Assembly: GCA_965209035.1 (NCBI GenBank)
Contig: OZ242372.1
Location: 1,920,001-1,984,000 of the forward strand
Reading direction: 5' to 3'
Length of the DNA: 64,000 bases
Source: Gammaproteobacteria bacterium
GTDB taxonomy: Bacteria > Pseudomonadota > Gammaproteobacteria > CBDBNL01 > JAAOII01
Below the pieces are notes generated by a model. It was not told the origin of the DNA. It made no database searches and saw nothing but the letters and a program-made list of their open reading frames with translations. The translations under genes were made by a program, and so were the position numbers. Shown piece after piece: positions 30,370-41,372 of the stretch; position 1 is the first letter of the stretch, and every line of letters begins with the position of its first letter.

Positions 30370-30399
30370 TTGATTAAATTTTGTAAGGAGGTTTATAAT
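30370..30399 (+). promoter_or_regulatory. Putative sigma70 promoter of the cas operon
   Basis: TTGATT (30370-30375), 18-nt spacer, TATAAT (30394-30399), ending 9 nt before the cas12a ATG. Confidence 0.5.
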
Positions 30400-30408
30400 T
30401 AATGAACT

Positions 30409-33400
30409 ATGAAAAAGATGTTTGAAGATTTTTCTCACTTATATAGCGTCTCTAAAACCTTAAGATTTGGATTAAGACCCCACGGCGAGACAGCGGATAA
30501 AATAGCAGATTTTAAGAATCAAGCAATTAAATCCGTTATTGCAAAGGATAAGATCCTTGCCGATAATTACAAAAAGGCGAAAAAGATTATTGACCAACTT
30601 CATAAAGAATTCATAGACAAGGTGTTGTCAAGATCGGATGTATTGTTGGCTTCGGATATTCAAAGATATTACAAGGTGTATATGGAATTGAAAAAACTTT
30701 ATGGCAGGGGTCAGGAGGATAAACAAGCCAAAAGAAACAATTTATGGAAAACAAGAATCGCTTTGGAAAAAGAACTTAGGGAAATTATTGCCCGTAAGTT
30801 TACAAGCGAGGATGACTATATAAAAACCATCAAGGAACAAAAAAAATTACCGGAACATGTTGTTAATTGGTTGAAGGAAAAAGCCCGAAAAGGGGAAATA
30901 AGCGATACCGAATATGAAGAAAACAAGGAATGTATAGAAAAGTTTAAAAACTTTACAACTTATTTTAGCGGGTTTGCAAAAAATCGGGACAATCTATATT
31001 CTAATAAAAATCAAGTTACGGCAATTTCAAACCGTATCATCAGTGAAAACCTGCCGCGTTTTTTGGATAATTGGCATGGCTATCAAAAATTGGATGCGGG
31101 GTTATTACAAAATCTAAAACAACATTCCATAGTTCTGCACAAACATTCTCTTTTACCCAAGGGCATGTCTTTGGAAGATTTTTTATGCCCTTCTTCTTTT
31201 GTGTGCTATTTGAATCAAAGGGGAATTGAAAAATACAACGCAGTGATCGGCGGTAAAACTTTGGAAGAGGGAAAAGAAAAAATTCAAGGAGTTAACGAAA
31301 TCATCAATCTTTATCGTCAGCAAAATGATATTAAAGCCAGAAGTTTACCGCGTATGAAAAAACTATACAATCAAATCCTTGCTGACAGGGAAAGTTTTTC
31401 ATTTTTGCCGGATCAATTTGAGAGTGATGCGGAATTATTTGAAACTCTTGGGGAGTACTATGCGGTGATTAATAATGCGGAGAAAGGGAAGAATAGTTTA
31501 CTGAAAAGAATAGAAGAAATTTTTACCTGTTTGAACTCGGACGAGATAGATGCGGAGCAATTTCATATTAGAGGATCAGAAGTTGCTGCAGTTAGCCGGA
31601 CAATTTTTGAGAGATGGGATCTTATAAATCTTGCCCTTGTAAATTATGTAAAGGATAAAGTATATCCGGATAGTCCCGGGAAAAAAGTCTCCGTATCTTT
31701 GGAAAAGAAAAGAGAAAAGTGGCTGAAGAAAGATACTTTTACTTTGACGGAACTGGAAGATGCCCTGGCATATCATCAGAATACGGAAACAGAAAAACTC
31801 CATACCCCCAATCAGATTTTGGAATATTTTCAAAAATGTGTTGTTCGTAGAAAATCAACTGTCCAAGGAGAGGAGGACAAAGAAGAGTTAATTTTTGCTA
31901 AAATACGAGCATCCTTTAAAGAAATAGAATCGTTTTCAGAAATATCCCCGGAACGCAACATGCCGGATCAAAAAGACAAGAAGGGGGGAGAAGGCTTTCG
32001 GCAAATACAAAAAATTAAAGAGTTTATGGACAGTGTTTTGACATTATTGCACTTTATGAAACCTTTATACCTTAGGGAAGGAAAGGATGGCAGCAATAAA
32101 ATCGGGGTGGAGAACTTGAATGATTTTTATATTGATTTTGAGAGTTGTTATGAGGAGTTAATGCCTGTTATTCGCTTATATAACAAGGTTCGCAGTCATC
32201 TGACTAAGAAGAGTAAAGAACAAGAAAAGTTTAAAATTAATTTTGATTGTTCAACCTTACTTGATGGTTGGGATGTCAATAAAGAAAGTGCCAATCAGGG
32301 GGTGATTTTAATCCGAAATTGCCCGGACGGAGAAAAGAAATTTTTCTTAGGCATCATTCATAAAACTCACAAGGATATTTTGAATTACGAATTGGATATG
32401 GATGACAAATTGGCAATACGGGCTGGTGGTAATAAAAAAGTTGATAAAAAGAAGAAACTAAAAGGAGAGATTGTATTGAAAAAAAGTGACCAGGGGGAGT
32501 GTTATCAAAAAATGGTATATAAGTTTCTTGCGGACCCTATAAAGATGCTTCCCAAAGTATTTTTTTCTAAAAAAAGGATGGATTATTTTGAACCCAGTCA
32601 AGAAATACAAGATATTAAGGAAGGGAAGAAATATCATGAAGATAAGGTAAACCGTGATAAATACATAGATTTTTTTAAGCAGTCTATTGAAAAACATTTG
32701 GATTGGAAAGAATTTAATTTTGCTTTTCGCCCCACAAAAGAATATGAAAGTATGGATGACTTTTACTCGAATGTCGCACGCCAAGGTTATAGCATCCGAT
32801 TTGATAACATTAAAGCCGAGTATATTGATAGGCTAGTCCAAGAGGGCAAGTTATTTTTATTTGAAATATATAACAAGGATTTTTCGCAACACAGTAAAGG
32901 CAGACCTAACTTGCATACGAGTTATTGGCGGCTTTTGTTTGATGAGAAAAATTTACAAAAAACTGTTCTTAAGTTAAATGGGCAGGCCGAGATGTTTTTT
33001 CGCTTCTTCTCTATCCCGGCCGAGAAGGCGATTCGCCATAACAAGAATCAACCCATTAAGAATAAAAACCCGCATAATTCCAAGAAGGTGAGTAAATTTT
33101 CCTACGATCTGGTTAAGGATAAGCGTTTTACCAAAGATGCCTTCCTTTTTCATGTACCGATTACTTTAAATTATGGGCTTCCAAAAGCGGCACCGCTTAA
33201 TCAAAAAGTGAATCTTCTCATAAAGAAAAATCAAGATGTTCGTATCATGGGAATTGACAGAGGCGAGCGTAACTTGCTTTATTATTCCATCATTGATGGG
33301 AAGGGCAAGATCATTGCTCAAGAGAGTTTAAATAAGATTACGAATTCATACCAAAACGGGAAGGATGCGAATAGAACTAATGTTGTTAATGATTATCATG

Positions 33401-34449
33401 AGCGTCTTGCGGAGAAAGAAAAAAGAAGAGATGAATCTCGCAAAGACTGGGGAACTATCGAAAACATCAAAGATTTGAAGGCGGGTTATTTGTCGCAGGT
33501 GGTTCATAAGATTTGCGAACTCATTATGGAACATCAGGCCATAGTGGTAATGGAAGATCTGAACCAAGGATTTAAACGAGGTCGCTTTAAGGTAGAAAAG
33601 CAAGTATATCAGAAGTTTGAAAAAACCTTAATTGATAAGTTGAACTACTTGGTATTTAAGAACGCGCACCCGGGTGAAGCGGGCCATTATCTGCGAGCCT
33701 ATCAATTAACCGATCGGTTTACAAGTTTTCAAAGATTAGGGAAACAAAGCGGTGTTTTATTTTACATCCCGGCCGCGAATACCTCCAAAATAGACCCCGC
33801 TACCGGATTTATTCCTCGCGGGTTTCAAACCATGACAAAAGAAGTTGCCAGAAAATTTCTGAGTAACTTTCAAATTCGTTATAACAGCGAGCATGATTAT
33901 TTTGAGTTCACATTTTCATATGCTGATATAGGTATTCCAAGTTTGGGAGATGATAAATGGACTGTATGCACGCACGGTAAAGTCCGGCATATTTATAGCG
34001 GGAAAGAAAAGAAGCATATCAGCATAGATATTACCCGGGACCTTAAGGATGCTTTGGAAAAAAACGATATTAAGGGTTATGCCGATTCACAAAATATTGT
34101 CAATGACCTTGTGCAAGCGGATAAATCGGAACTATACAATACGGTGTTGTATTTGTTGCGAGTTACGACAAGGCTGCGTTATGGCAACGGGTGTTCTGGG
34201 GACAAAAACGAAGATTATATCTTATCTCCTGTGGCGAATAATAAAGATCAATTTTTTGATTCGCGATCAGGGGATGCAACTATGCCCCTGGATGCGGATG
34301 CCAATGGGGCCTATCATATCGCCCTGAAAGGCTTGTGGATATTAAATGCAATTCATGAGACCAGTGAAGATAATCTGGGGAAACCTAAATTAAATCTCAA
34401 TACCGAAAAGTGGCAGGCATTTGCCCGGCAGAGACTGTTTTCAAAATAA
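30409..34449 (+). CDS. cas12a: Type V-A CRISPR effector Cas12a (Cpf1), with RuvC catalytic residues intact
   Basis: YSVSKTLRFGL, FTTYFSGF, LDGWDVNKE, KMLPKVFF, PNLHTSYW, GIDRGERNL, MEDLN, DADANGAYHIALKG. Confidence 0.98.
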   Translation: MKKMFEDFSHLYSVSKTLRFGLRPHGETADKIADFKNQAIKSVIAKDKILADNYKKAKKIIDQLHKEFIDKVLSRSDVLLASDIQRYYKVYMELKKLYGRGQEDKQAKRNNLWKTRIALEKELREIIARKFTSEDDYIKTIKEQKKLPEHVVNWLKEKARKGEISDTEYEENKECIEKFKNFTTYFSGFAKNRDNLYSNKNQVTAISNRIISENLPRFLDNWHGYQKLDAGLLQNLKQHSIVLHKHSLLPKGMSLEDFLCPSSFVCYLNQRGIEKYNAVIGGKTLEEGKEKIQGVNEIINLYRQQNDIKARSLPRMKKLYNQILADRESFSFLPDQFESDAELFETLGEYYAVINNAEKGKNSLLKRIEEIFTCLNSDEIDAEQFHIRGSEVAAVSRTIFERWDLINLALVNYVKDKVYPDSPGKKVSVSLEKKREKWLKKDTFTLTELEDALAYHQNTETEKLHTPNQILEYFQKCVVRRKSTVQGEEDKEELIFAKIRASFKEIESFSEISPERNMPDQKDKKGGEGFRQIQKIKEFMDSVLTLLHFMKPLYLREGKDGSNKIGVENLNDFYIDFESCYEELMPVIRLYNKVRSHLTKKSKEQEKFKINFDCSTLLDGWDVNKESANQGVILIRNCPDGEKKFFLGIIHKTHKDILNYELDMDDKLAIRAGGNKKVDKKKKLKGEIVLKKSDQGECYQKMVYKFLADPIKMLPKVFFSKKRMDYFEPSQEIQDIKEGKKYHEDKVNRDKYIDFFKQSIEKHLDWKEFNFAFRPTKEYESMDDFYSNVARQGYSIRFDNIKAEYIDRLVQEGKLFLFEIYNKDFSQHSKGRPNLHTSYWRLLFDEKNLQKTVLKLNGQAEMFFRFFSIPAEKAIRHNKNQPIKNKNPHNSKKVSKFSYDLVKDKRFTKDAFLFHVPITLNYGLPKAAPLNQKVNLLIKKNQDVRIMGIDRGERNLLYYSIIDGKGKIIAQESLNKITNSYQNGKDANRTNVVNDYHERLAEKEKRRDESRKDWGTIENIKDLKAGYLSQVVHKICELIMEHQAIVVMEDLNQGFKRGRFKVEKQVYQKFEKTLIDKLNYLVFKNAHPGEAGHYLRAYQLTDRFTSFQRLGKQSGVLFYIPAANTSKIDPATGFIPRGFQTMTKEVARKFLSNFQIRYNSEHDYFEFTFSYADIGIPSLGDDKWTVCTHGKVRHIYSGKEKKHISIDITRDLKDALEKNDIKGYADSQNIVNDLVQADKSELYNTVLYLLRVTTRLRYGNGCSGDKNEDYILSPVANNKDQFFDSRSGDATMPLDADANGAYHIALKGLWILNAIHETSEDNLGKPKLNLNTEKWQAFARQRLFSK

Positions 34450-34479
34450 GCATTACAACATAATTCACCGTAACTCCTG

Positions 34480-35037
34480 TTGGAAAGTTATATCCCCATA
34501 TCCTTTCTTAACGACTTCATTTTCTGTCCGCGTTCCATATATTTTCATCAACTATACGGAAATACCCAGACTCGTCTGTATCAAACCTCGGATCAGATAG
34601 ACGGCAAAACGGCGCACATTACGATTGACCAAAAACGATATTCTACTCGCCAAGATGTGATTCAAAGTTTGGAAATCTATTCTCAAAATTATCATCTGTG
34701 CGGAAAGATTGATATTTACTTCCAAAAACAAAAATTGCTGGTAGAGAGAAAAAAGAAAATAAAGGTCATATATGACGGTTATGTTTTACAACTTTACGCA
34801 CAATATTACGCTATGGTAGAGATGGGGTATGAAGTCGAACGGCTGCAACTATATAGCACGGACACAAATAAAAGTTATCCGATTCCTCTTCCGGCACAAG
34901 ACCCCGATATGTGCTTGAAGTTTGAAGAAACAATAAAAGGGTTAAACCAATTTAATTTGGAAAAATATTTTGTTCCCAACCCTGAAAAATGTGCTCGTTG
35001 TATTTACCGCAACCTTTGTGACAGAGCCGCATGCTAA
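34480..35037 (+). CDS. cas4: CRISPR-associated Cas4 (V-A type)
   Basis: LNDFIFCPRSIY, GKID, ERKKKIK, QLYAQY, C-terminal CARCIYRNLC Fe-S cysteines. Confidence 0.95.
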   Translation: MESYIPISFLNDFIFCPRSIYFHQLYGNTQTRLYQTSDQIDGKTAHITIDQKRYSTRQDVIQSLEIYSQNYHLCGKIDIYFQKQKLLVERKKKIKVIYDGYVLQLYAQYYAMVEMGYEVERLQLYSTDTNKSYPIPLPAQDPDMCLKFEETIKGLNQFNLEKYFVPNPEKCARCIYRNLCDRAAC

Positions 35038-36002
35038 GTGCCCCGGATTTTAAGGAAAAGCAGATCATCTTGGCTCTGCTAAGTCATGGTGAAAAATTGA
35101 GTTTTAGAAACGATAATATCATCATTAAAGATGCGAATGGCATCGTAAAGCATCAATCCACCTGTTACAGATTATTTGCCTTATTTATTGTCGGGCACGT
35201 TACTATTACCAGTGGACTCTTAATGCGAGCGGAAAAATTTAAGTACACGATTGTGTTGATGAGCCACAGTTTGCGTCCCTATGCCGGTTGGCCTGCGAAG
35301 ACCGAAGGGAATGTTCTTTTACGAAAGAAGCAGTATAACTATGACGGGAGTGAGTTGGCTCGCCATCTTGTGACAAATAAATTGTTAAATCAATTACAGA
35401 CATTAAAGAAAATTCGTTCAAAAGAACTACAACTTCGAGATGCCATAAAGCATATTGAGGATTATAAAAAGCGATTGGAAAAGCCGGACCTGGAAATGCA
35501 AAGTATTTTGGGTATAGAGGGAATAGCGGGACGTGTTTATTTTCAAGCACTTTTTAAAGAAGCCGGTTGGAAAACGCGGCGGCCGAGGACAAAAATTGAC
35601 ATGGTCAATACACTGCTGGATATAGGATACACCCTTTTATTTAATTTTGTGGAAGCATTGCTCAACCTATACGGATTTGATATTTATCAAGGGGTATACC
35701 ACCAACAATTTTATCAACGCAAATCTTTGGTATGCGATTTGATCGAGCCGTTCCGCCCAATTATAGATGCTCGCATACGTAAAGCGTTTCAGCTATCTCA
35801 AATAAAAGAAGAGGATTTTGATATACGGCAAGGACAATACAAGTTATATGGAGAAAAGGCCCGGCCATATTTAATTTGGCTGATAGAAATATTGGTGCTT
35901 CACAAACAAGATATTTTTATGTATATCCAATCTTATTACCGTGCATTTATCCGGGACAAAGAGATTAAGGATTATCCGATGTTTGATATTTCTCAAAAGT
36001 AA
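35031..36002 (+). CDS. cas1: CRISPR-associated Cas1 (V-A type)
   Basis: LGIEG, NTLLDIGYTLLF, GVYH, SLVCDLIEPFRP. Confidence 0.96.
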   Translation: MLSAPDFKEKQIILALLSHGEKLSFRNDNIIIKDANGIVKHQSTCYRLFALFIVGHVTITSGLLMRAEKFKYTIVLMSHSLRPYAGWPAKTEGNVLLRKKQYNYDGSELARHLVTNKLLNQLQTLKKIRSKELQLRDAIKHIEDYKKRLEKPDLEMQSILGIEGIAGRVYFQALFKEAGWKTRRPRTKIDMVNTLLDIGYTLLFNFVEALLNLYGFDIYQGVYHQQFYQRKSLVCDLIEPFRPIIDARIRKAFQLSQIKEEDFDIRQGQYKLYGEKARPYLIWLIEILVLHKQDIFMYIQSYYRAFIRDKEIKDYPMFDISQK

Positions 36003-36003
36003 T

Positions 36004-36279
36004 ATGTTGATAGTGGCCTACGATATTCAAGCGGATAAACTGCGAACACGCTTTTCAAAATATCTTAGTAAGTTTGGTTTTCGTCTACAATACTCCGTAT
36101 TTCAAATTAGAAATAGTAAGCGAATATTAGAAAACTTAATGGCGGATATCAATGGTCGTTTTGCCAAAGAATTCACACAAGGAGACAGTGTAATTATTTT
36201 TGATTTGAGTAAACAGTGTAAAATACACAGGTTTGGCTATGCGGTCAATGAGGAATCAGATTTGATCGTGGTAAAATAA
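36004..36279 (+). CDS. cas2: CRISPR-associated Cas2
   Basis: MLIVAYDI...RLQYSVF; ATG at 36004 right after the cas1 stop. Confidence 0.95.
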   Translation: MLIVAYDIQADKLRTRFSKYLSKFGFRLQYSVFQIRNSKRILENLMADINGRFAKEFTQGDSVIIFDLSKQCKIHRFGYAVNEESDLIVVK

Positions 36280-36422
36280 GTTAATAGTAAAAAGCGTTTT
36301 GCAAACCCTCGTCTTAATGTTACAAATGGTGTTAAAGAAGCCCTTTATTTGCTTAAAAGGTAGTTTACGGGTGTGTTTGAAGGTAAAAATACCTATAATT
36401 GCTTTTATATTCGTGCCTACCT
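36280..36422 (+). promoter_or_regulatory. AT-rich CRISPR leader
   Basis: Non-coding segment between cas2 and the first repeat, with TATAAT near 36394; degenerate repeats lie at the far end of the array. Confidence 0.7.
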
Positions 36423-39400
36423 GTCAAGGGGGGCAATAAAATTTCTACTGTTGTAGATCCGCGTCCTTCGCTTGCTGTTCCGCTGTCAAGGGGGGCAATA
36501 AAATTTCTACTGTTGTAGATAAGGAAACAAAAATGAAAAACGATAAAGTCAAGGGGGGCAATAAAATTTCTACTGTTGTAGATCGGAGTTTGAAGTTCCC
36601 GCGGCCGTAAGTCAAGGGGGGCAATAAAATTTCTACTGTTGTAGATATGCAGATTTCTTAAAGATCCGATTGTGTCAAGGGGGGCAATAAAATTTCTACT
36701 GTTGTAGATCCAAAGGATCGCGTGATATGCGTCACGTCAAGGGGGGCAATAAAATTTCTACTGTTGTAGATATACTAATATTTTATGTTCTCTAAATGTC
36801 AAGGGGGGCAATAAAATTTCTACTGTTGTAGATTCATTACCCGGTCGGTTCTATCTTGCGTCAAGGGGGGCAATAAAATTTCTACTGTTGTAGATAAAAG
36901 TCATATCATACCCAAACGAAAGTCAAGGGGGGCAATAAAATTTCTACTGTTGTAGATACCTCTGGTTGGTTCGTATGTTGCTTGGTCAAGGGGGGCAATA
37001 AAATTTCTACTGTTGTAGATTCCGCATTATGCTTCAAAAACGGGATTGTCAAGGGGGGCAATAAAATTTCTACTGTTGTAGATGTTCCGGACTGTTAGTG
37101 TATTGAAGATTGTCAAGGGGGGCAATAAAATTTCTACTGTTGTAGATCGTGCGGGTTTGGCTCCCTCGCCTACGAGTCAAGGGGGGCAATAAAATTTCTA
37201 CTGTTGTAGATAGATCGTGCTTTCGCCTTGCCTTGCGGGTCAAGGGGGGCAATAAAATTTCTACTGTTGTAGATGAGCTCCCTTCCGTCCTCTCTTGTCT
37301 GTCAAGGGGGGCAATAAAATTTCTACTGTTGTAGATCAGGAACATTATCACTATCGTAATAACGTCAAGGGGGGCAATAAAATTTCTACTGTTGTAGATG
37401 ATTATCTGGGTAAAGGTCATTGTGAGTCAAGGGGGGCAATAAAATTTCTACTGTTGTAGATAGTTTCATTGTTGTCGTCTTTGCTCTGTCAAGGGGGGCA
37501 ATAAAATTTCTACTGTTGTAGATGTTATGATAATATAGATTATCAATTTGTCAAGGGGGGCAATAAAATTTCTACTGTTGTAGATTCGGTCACACTGGTG
37601 GCGAATGGGTTTTGTCAAGGGGGGCAATAAAATTTCTACTGTTGTAGATAGAGGACCCCTTTGGTTCTGAGCCCTTGTGTCAAGGGGGGCAATAAAATTT
37701 CTACTGTTGTAGATAAAGGGAAAAAAATGAACATTGGAAGGTCAAGGGGGGCAATAAAATTTCTACTGTTGTAGATCAAGCGGGGATTATTTCTATTGAC
37801 ACGTCAAGGGGGGCAATAAAATTTCTACTGTTGTAGATGTATCCTCTTTCGCCGCGCTGGTTGTGTCAAGGGGGGCAATAAAATTTCTACTGTTGTAGAT
37901 GGTTCTCTCTCGCCCAGTCGCCGAACGTCAAGGGGGGCAATAAAATTTCTACTGTTGTAGATTACACTGACTTTCCACTACCAAGCAGGTCAAGGGGGGC
38001 AATAAAATTTCTACTGTTGTAGATAAGTGGAAGTAGGCGATATAGTTAATGGTCAAGGGGGGCAATAAAATTTCTACTGTTGTAGATTGCAGCCACAAGC
38101 GTTGGCGGTGGTTCGTCAAGGGGGGCAATAAAATTTCTACTGTTGTAGATCGGTTTGTTTAGAATTGTTAAAACTGAGTCAAGGGGGGCAATAAAATTTC
38201 TACTGTTGTAGATGCGGTGTCCGGTGGTGTTGCGGTTGGGTCAAGGGGGGCAATAAAATTTCTACTGTTGTAGATGCGGTGTCCGGTGGTGTTGCGGTTG
38301 GGTCAAGGGGGGCAATAAAATTTCTACTGTTGTAGATTATCAAAGTTTTTATGGTAAAGGTTCAGTCAAGGGGGGCAATAAAATTTCTACTGTTGTAGAT
38401 TTGCGTCTGCTGGTGGTGGATTTTGCGTCAAGGGGGGCAATAAAATTTCTACTGTTGTAGATGTTGTGCTCTTTAGTGTTGGCGGTAAGTCAAGGGGGGC
38501 AATAAAATTTCTACTGTTGTAGATTTGCCGGCTTATATGGCATTAGTGAGTGTCAAGGGGGGCAATAAAATTTCTACTGTTGTAGATGGTGATCCAGTTC
38601 GTGGTGTACATCGGTCAAGGGGGGCAATAAAATTTCTACTGTTGTAGATTAAAATTGTGTTTTTCTTTGTTTATGTCAAGGGGGGCAATAAAATTTCTAC
38701 TGTTGTAGATATAGAGACCCATCCCACGAGCAATACGTCAAGGGGGGCAATAAAATTTCTACTGTTGTAGATTGCTGGGTTAGCCGATGTGGTGATGAAA
38801 GTCAAGGGGGGCAATAAAATTTCTACTGTTGTAGATCCGCCTTAATGACAGGATTCCGGTGGTGTCAAGGGGGGCAATAAAATTTCTACTGTTGTAGATC
38901 CATCGGTGATCGAGAAGATCATCAATGTCAAGGGGGGCAATAAAATTTCTACTGTTGTAGATGAGTTTTCCCCTTATATCATAAGGGAAGTCAAGGGGGG
39001 CAATAAAATTTCTACTGTTGTAGATTGGTGCATTATGGCAACCGCGTCATTGTCAAGGGGGGCAATAAAATTTCTACTGTTGTAGATTTTTGTTGATGTG
39101 CATTATTTCTTGCGTCAAGGGGGGCAATAAAATTTCTACTGTTGTAGATAGCCAAAAGACGGCGCGATTGTTGCAGGAGTGGGTCAAGGGGGGCAATAAA
39201 ATTTCTACTGTTGTAGATCGTTAGTTCTTACGGGTGGTATCAATGTCAAGGGGGGCAATAAAATTTCTACTGTTGTAGATGTTCATTTTTCTTTGTTTGA
39301 TTGAGGGTCAAGGGGGGCAATAAAATTTCTACTGTTGTAGATTTTTGTTGATGTGCATTATTTCTTGCGTCAAGGGGGGCAATAAAATTTCTACTGTTGT

Positions 39401-40040
39401 AGATATTTAATAATCTCCTCCCGATGCGCGTTAAAAGTCAAGGGGGGCAATAAAATTTCTACTGTTGTAGATTAGCCTATAAACTATCTACGCAAGAATG
39501 TCAAGGGGGGCAATAAAATTTCTACTGTTGTAGATGTCTAAATTAGTTCCGGCGATATTAAGGTCAAGGGGGGCAATAAAATTTCTACTGTTGTAGATCT
39601 GACGGTAATCAGTTTGCCGTCGGCGGTCAAGGGGGGCAATAAAATTTCTACTGTTGTAGATCATCACCAAGCCAGACCAAGTCAAGGGTCAAGGGGGGCA
39701 ATAAAATTTCTACTGTTGTAGATCGGCGAAATAGTAAATTAGTCTTAGGTGTCAAGGGGGGCAATAAAATTTCTACTGTTGTAGATTCGGGAGCATTATG
39801 ATCTCGGTGATCAAGTCAAGGGGGGCAATAAAATTTCTACTGTTGTAGATTTATCTATCAAAGATAGGGACGCCGGGTCAAGGGGGGCAATAAAATTTCT
39901 ACTGTTGTAGATCATCTGGGGACCGAAGGCCGCGATCGAGTCAAGGGGGGCAATAAAATTTCTACTGTTGTAGATACTGATAAATGCCATTAAAACGGCA
40001 TTAGTCAAGGGGGGCAATAAAATTTCTACTGTTGTAGATA

Positions 40041-41108
40041 TTATACATCCCCCGCCCCTGTAATAGTCAAGGGTGTATGATCCCACCCATTTCTGGACTT
40101 TTGTTGTTTTTGCAAAAACTGGATTGGCGAGAGTTGTTTGAGAGCATAATGGGGACGTTCCAGATTATACCAAGCCAACCACTCGATGAGTTTGGCGTTG
40201 AATGCCGGCATATCCTTAACCAAGAGATGCCGCATATGACAACCGAACTCTTCCCAGAGAGTGCGATTAAACCGTTCGCAGTGTGCATTCATTTGCGGTT
40301 TCCTTGGATAGGTATACCAGTGGGTGCTGCCGTTTGCGGTCACGACCCGGTGAAAGTCTTTGGCGAACTCACTGCCATTATCGGTGAGGACTTTTTCGAT
40401 CCGAGTGCCGAGTATGTTTTGCATGGCGGTAAAGAGCCGGGCGGAACTGGCCGAAGCAGCGGAGGTGTCGACACTGACCAGTGAGAAGCGGGAAAATAGG
40501 TCAATGCCGACATGCCAATAAAAGCGCCGGCCATCGACGATGCGGACGAGCGTATCAAAGGCAACACATTCACCTCTCCGGCCCGCAACAAAGCGGGTGT
40601 CCTTGCGCTCGCGCGGAGCACCTTGCCGCGGGCGTTTCGGCACGGACCACGATGGTTTGCACCGCATCTTATCCGGGTCATCGGCAATGATGCGAGAGAG
40701 CGTTGATTGGCTGGGCAGCGGCAGCCCGCGCTGCTGACACCATTCGGGTAACAAGCAGACCAGTTTACCGGCACCGATGTTCGGACGCTCTTGTCGCCAA
40801 GATCGGATCTTGGTAATCAGTGCCGGTGGCCAGGTGTTGGACCGCTTGGGCTGATACCCATAGTTGTTCGCCAGTTCATCGACCCCGCCTTCACGGAAAC
40901 GCCGCTGCCACTCGTAGAATGTAGCACGACTGATCCTGGTATGATCCAACGCGGCCGCGACACCATGTTTGCGCGCGAACGCTAAGGTGTCCAGTTTTAT
41001 TTTGGTGGTTTTAGACATGTTTAAATATTGATTTGCTAAAACCACCATTTTATTGAAACCGCGCACGCGATAACCAATGTAGCGTAAACGTGTTCCTCTC
41101 ATTTCCAA
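40041..41108 (-). CDS. DDE (rve integrase-core) transposase, IS481-like
   Basis: N-terminal HTH (ISRATFYEWQRRF), AFD, LTDNGSEF, PQMNAHCERFNRTL, YNLERPH. Confidence 0.92.
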   Translation of the reverse strand: MEMRGTRLRYIGYRVRGFNKMVVLANQYLNMSKTTKIKLDTLAFARKHGVAAALDHTRISRATFYEWQRRFREGGVDELANNYGYQPKRSNTWPPALITKIRSWRQERPNIGAGKLVCLLPEWCQQRGLPLPSQSTLSRIIADDPDKMRCKPSWSVPKRPRQGAPRERKDTRFVAGRRGECVAFDTLVRIVDGRRFYWHVGIDLFSRFSLVSVDTSAASASSARLFTAMQNILGTRIEKVLTDNGSEFAKDFHRVVTANGSTHWYTYPRKPQMNAHCERFNRTLWEEFGCHMRHLLVKDMPAFNAKLIEWLAWYNLERPHYALKQLSPIQFLQKQQKSRNGWDHTPLTITGAGDV

Positions 41109-41372
41109 TGTGCAGTCCGGCTGCCCTCACAAACCATACCGTCTCGCCAGCGGATACACCTAGACAGTTTTATCAACAACAAGCCTCCGCTGTCTGCGGC
41201 GGTGAGAGCAAAACAGCTATCCGTCCTTCTTGCCCGTTTCATTCATCTAGCTCCACATACCGGAGACCCGTTGCCGGATCTATTTTCGACCCGTCCGACA
41301 GAACCTCCGGCTGCTTGATCTGAGGACGCACAATGCCAAACTCAGAGTCCAGAACCTTTATGAGATCATGCA
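40074..41372 (-). mobile_element. IS481-like insertion sequence (~1.3 kb) inserted inside a CRISPR repeat
   Basis: Imperfect terminal IRs TGTATGATCCCACCCATTTCTGGACT and TGCATGATCTCATAAAGGTTCTGGACT; 5-bp target duplication AAGGG (40069-40073 and 41373-41377). Confidence 0.9.

Noticed and set aside
30409-34449. Nuclease-dead or transposon-associated Cas12 (CAST)
   Set aside because: RuvC D/E/D residues are intact, the adaptation module is complete, there are no tnsBC/tniQ genes, and the IS is a separate insertion with its own target duplication
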